A DNA stretch of 59,064 nucleotides, counting the filler, from Asterionella formosa (lineage: Eukaryota): the NCBI GenBank assembly GCA_002256025.1. It is 4 parts of 4 records of this genome, joined end to end, with 100 filler letters (N's around TTAATTAATTAA, not from the genome) between each part and the next. Parts side by side here need not be neighbours in the genome. Positions count along the whole stretch, not along the records: positions 44,390 to 59,064 come from NKIB01005839.1; 3 more parts are not named here. One strand, given 5' to 3'. Position numbers and translations under genes: made by a program. Position 1 is the stretch's first letter. Each line of letters starts with the position of its first letter. Positions 56,456-59,064 of the stretch are shown piece by piece. The notes beneath the pieces were generated by a model. That model was not told the DNA's origin. It saw nothing but the letters and a program-made list of their open reading frames with translations, and did no database searches.

Positions 56456-59032
56456 TTAGAAAGCAAACATACGTGATTTCTTATGCCCGATGGCTGCAAG
56501 GTTAGGTGTGCAGCCCTTGTCTATCATAATTGGTGGACCACACATGAGATTGTATACATCATCACCAGGGGGGTAAAGATTTTCTTCAAACAATGCACGA
56601 TCCACAAACCCAGTAGAGTACTTCCAATCCTTGGACCATGAATCACTCAAAATATAATTCACCTTGAATTTATGAGGAAACTTATTGGCCCACTCGTCCA
56701 GTGTTGACCTCATTAGCAAATCACCTTCCTCACGACACGCAAAGATGATGGAGCACTGGGTGGTGTCATTGGTATTTCGCAAAATTTCTGCTGCAATTTG
56801 CATTACAGGAGTAATGCCCGTCCCTCCAGCAATCATATTGAACTTACTTGCAACACATGGCTCACCCTCAATAGCAAACTTGCCATCGGCGTCGTACTCA
56901 AACTCACCCACGGGACCACGAAAGTCCAAAAACTCGCCCACCTTGAGTGCATCCAAATATTGACTCATCTTGCCACCCTCGGGGAAGCGTTCACATGGAG
57001 GATAGGCCTTGATTACAAACTTGACACAACCGACGTCGTAGTTGGATGATATAGGGGTATATCTACGAACGACTGTTTCGCCATTGATCTTGGCAGAGAA
57101 GAACATGTGCTTGCCTGTGGGGAGTCCCAGAATGTGTTGGGGCGTAGGAAGAGCAAAATCCAACATGAAAGAGTCCCTTGAGAGGACAACCTTTTTTTGT
57201 AGTCGGAAGGATGTCTTCACCTTGGGGTTTAGCGCCAACTTGTTGCCATTAGCATCTGTTAAGTCCGTTGCCTTTGAGTCGGCAGCGACACTGGCCTTGT
57301 CGAGGACTCCGATAAGGTACTTTTCCAACATTTTGGTTGCCTTGATGGAATGAATGGCAACAAAGTCTTCGGTTGCATCTGCACCAGCGTTAATGGAAAT
57401 GCTTTCCACGCCGCCAGGATGAAGCTCCAGGTATTCCGTACAGTCATACACCTTATCATTAACAACAATCCATACATCGTCATCTTTGTCATGCTTCTGG
57501 ATCTCCTCCCAGGTGAATTTCTTAACGCCAACATCTTTCTTGGGCTCGGCCGCCGCAGCAGCGGGTGCTACTGCTTCTTCTTCTCCTTGTATTTCCGCCA
57601 ATCTTCCAAAGCCTGCAGAGTCTGGCTTTCCTCCAGCTTTCGTCATCCACCCTCCTGTCAATTGACCTGGTTGAGTGGGGTGCTCAAAGCGAAAGACATG
57701 CTCACCTGCTGCAGTTTTATCCAGATGCACCTTGACACGAAACACTTGATTGTTCCCCATCCCCATGAGATTCCATGTGGGATTCATGGGTTGAGGGTTG
57801 TTGGACTCGTCCCACGCACGGCACATGATTTCTCGACATCCAATAAAGTCGGCCACCTTGACCGAGAAACTCCACCAGATCCAACACCAGTACATACCGT
57901 GGGGGGTTGGGCGTTCCTTACGTTCATATGTGGCCAATTGCCAATGAACACCTTGATCCAATGACACTTCGACACGAGTTATGGCACGACCACCTCCCGT
58001 GTAAGCGTATCCAGCAATCTCATAAACTTGGTCAATCGACTTGGCAATACTCAACGTTTCATTGTGGTCGGGTTGAGAAATGGCCGAGTTGATGTTAAGT
58101 TCATTGAAAATGTACTCTGGTTTGTACCACCAATTGTTGGCAAGTGACTCTTCGGCAGTAATATGTGGGGGAAGGATGCGATTATCATGATAATGGTAGT
58201 GATTCTTAGTTTCATGATCAATAACATTGATCTCCTTGAGCCACTTGATCATTCGTCCACCAATATATCCCGGAATGATGAGCCGTACCGGAAATCCATG
58301 ATCTGGTTGAAGTCTTTCACCATTGGCTTCGTATGCTACAATGATATCGTAGGCTGGATTCATGCACCGAGAAAGGGGAATCGACGTACCGTACTTGACC
58401 AATTTGCCCCATGGGGCGTCGGCAAAGGGACCAGGTCCGACCTTGTTGGGCAAGTCTTCTAATCCAATGAATTCGACATGCTTGCCTTTCATATCGGCGT
58501 AGTTTTCCGTGGCAACACCAGCTTTCAGGAGCAAGTCTCGAAGCATGACCCCCTTCCACACATTGGTCGAGACTCCAGAAGGACCCCAATGAAATCCAAT
58601 CGTCTGACGAATCATATTTTGCTCCTTGCGACGATTTCCGGCACAGACCAGAGTGACGGGCAATTCACGCGGAGGCATGGCGGCTATTTCGTCCATGGTC
58701 ATGGTGACTGTGTGGTTAATGACAACAGTATAGTCTTCCCACGTCAATTGCGGACAGGCGCCGTGATTGCGAACGTAGTGAAGGCATGAAGGAGTCAAAA
58801 AGCGGGTCTTGTTCAAGACCGCCAAGGGAGGCTCGACATTGAATGGATGGCGACCAGTGAGCCGCACCAATCGGCCATCGCGGGGCAACCATTCATCAGG
58901 AGTTCCAACATCGCGATAGTCTGCCACAGTTGCGTCGCCTGGGGCTTCGTCCTTGCTTACGTAGGGAATCGGAATGGCCAATGGATATGGCCCATACAGA
59001 GACAAGCAGCTTTCGTCTTTATCGCTGCTCAT
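56456..59032 (-). CDS. NR: Assimilatory NAD(P)H nitrate reductase, 858 aa, intronless
   Basis: Mo-pterin domain (RLTGRHPFNVEP, YVRNHG, TLVCAGNRRKEQN, DHGFPVR, GGRMIKWL), dimerisation domain (RAWDESNNPQP, WNLMGMGNN), cytochrome b5 (HPGG..H), FAD (RRYTP, GGKMS) and NAD(P)H (AGGTGITP, CGPP) domains. Confidence 0.98.
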   Translation of the reverse strand: MSSDKDESCLSLYGPYPLAIPIPYVSKDEAPGDATVADYRDVGTPDEWLPRDGRLVRLTGRHPFNVEPPLAVLNKTRFLTPSCLHYVRNHGACPQLTWEDYTVVINHTVTMTMDEIAAMPPRELPVTLVCAGNRRKEQNMIRQTIGFHWGPSGVSTNVWKGVMLRDLLLKAGVATENYADMKGKHVEFIGLEDLPNKVGPGPFADAPWGKLVKYGTSIPLSRCMNPAYDIIVAYEANGERLQPDHGFPVRLIIPGYIGGRMIKWLKEINVIDHETKNHYHYHDNRILPPHITAEESLANNWWYKPEYIFNELNINSAISQPDHNETLSIAKSIDQVYEIAGYAYTGGGRAITRVEVSLDQGVHWQLATYERKERPTPHGMYWCWIWWSFSVKVADFIGCREIMCRAWDESNNPQPMNPTWNLMGMGNNQVFRVKVHLDKTAAGEHVFRFEHPTQPGQLTGGWMTKAGGKPDSAGFGRLAEIQGEEEAVAPAAAAAEPKKDVGVKKFTWEEIQKHDKDDDVWIVVNDKVYDCTEYLELHPGGVESISINAGADATEDFVAIHSIKATKMLEKYLIGVLDKASVAADSKATDLTDANGNKLALNPKVKTSFRLQKKVVLSRDSFMLDFALPTPQHILGLPTGKHMFFSAKINGETVVRRYTPISSNYDVGCVKFVIKAYPPCERFPEGGKMSQYLDALKVGEFLDFRGPVGEFEYDADGKFAIEGEPCVASKFNMIAGGTGITPVMQIAAEILRNTNDTTQCSIIFACREEGDLLMRSTLDEWANKFPHKFKVNYILSDSWSKDWKYSTGFVDRALFEENLYPPGDDVYNLMCGPPIMIDKGCTPNLAAIGHKKSRMFAF

Positions 59033-59064
59033 TATAATGGCTGGCCTAACTGTTGCGTGTGATG

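Noticed and set aside
1..59064. tRNA, rRNA or snRNA genes
   Set aside because: No cloverleaf or conserved RNA motifs recognised by eye; a tRNAscan-SE or Infernal run would be needed to exclude them.

Overview
Eukaryotic nuclear DNA from a draft assembly with four N gaps, three of them carrying an artificial TTAATTAATTAA linker. It is almost certainly a diatom or related photosynthetic stramenopile: short GT-AG introns, ASAFAP-type bipartite plastid targeting signals, helicase-associated (HA) domain proteins, diatom-type nitrate reductase. About 18 protein-coding genes can be supported: MYND protein, START/SRPBCC protein, ADP/ATP carrier, a spliced mitochondrial ATP synthase epsilon gene missing from the ORF track, atypical E2F/DEL, condensin CAP-G, an LRR-Roc-COR-trypsin-like protease, CRTISO-like enzyme, thylakoid lumen protein, BTB, DUF4336-like, HA-repeat protein, an unknown repeat protein, a Myb-like+GAF putative regulator, a small ORF, a triple pseudo-metacaspase, MoaA/CNX2 and nitrate reductase. 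A transposon-rich island lies at about 35-44 kb (decayed PIF/Harbinger, candidate non-LTR insertion, copia gag relic). The most striking signals are: (1) intergenic DNA saturated with TA-CC(A/T)GG-TA and TA-CCGG-TA units that look like nested excision footprints of a TA-targeting element whose MITE copies (TA|CCTG...CAGG|TA) are in the window; (2) a Roco GTPase with an apparently intact C-terminal serine protease; (3) a catalytically dead three-module metacaspase; (4) a possible nitrate locus (NR + CNX2 + NLP-like GAF regulator). All calls come from reading the sequence; no database search was run.
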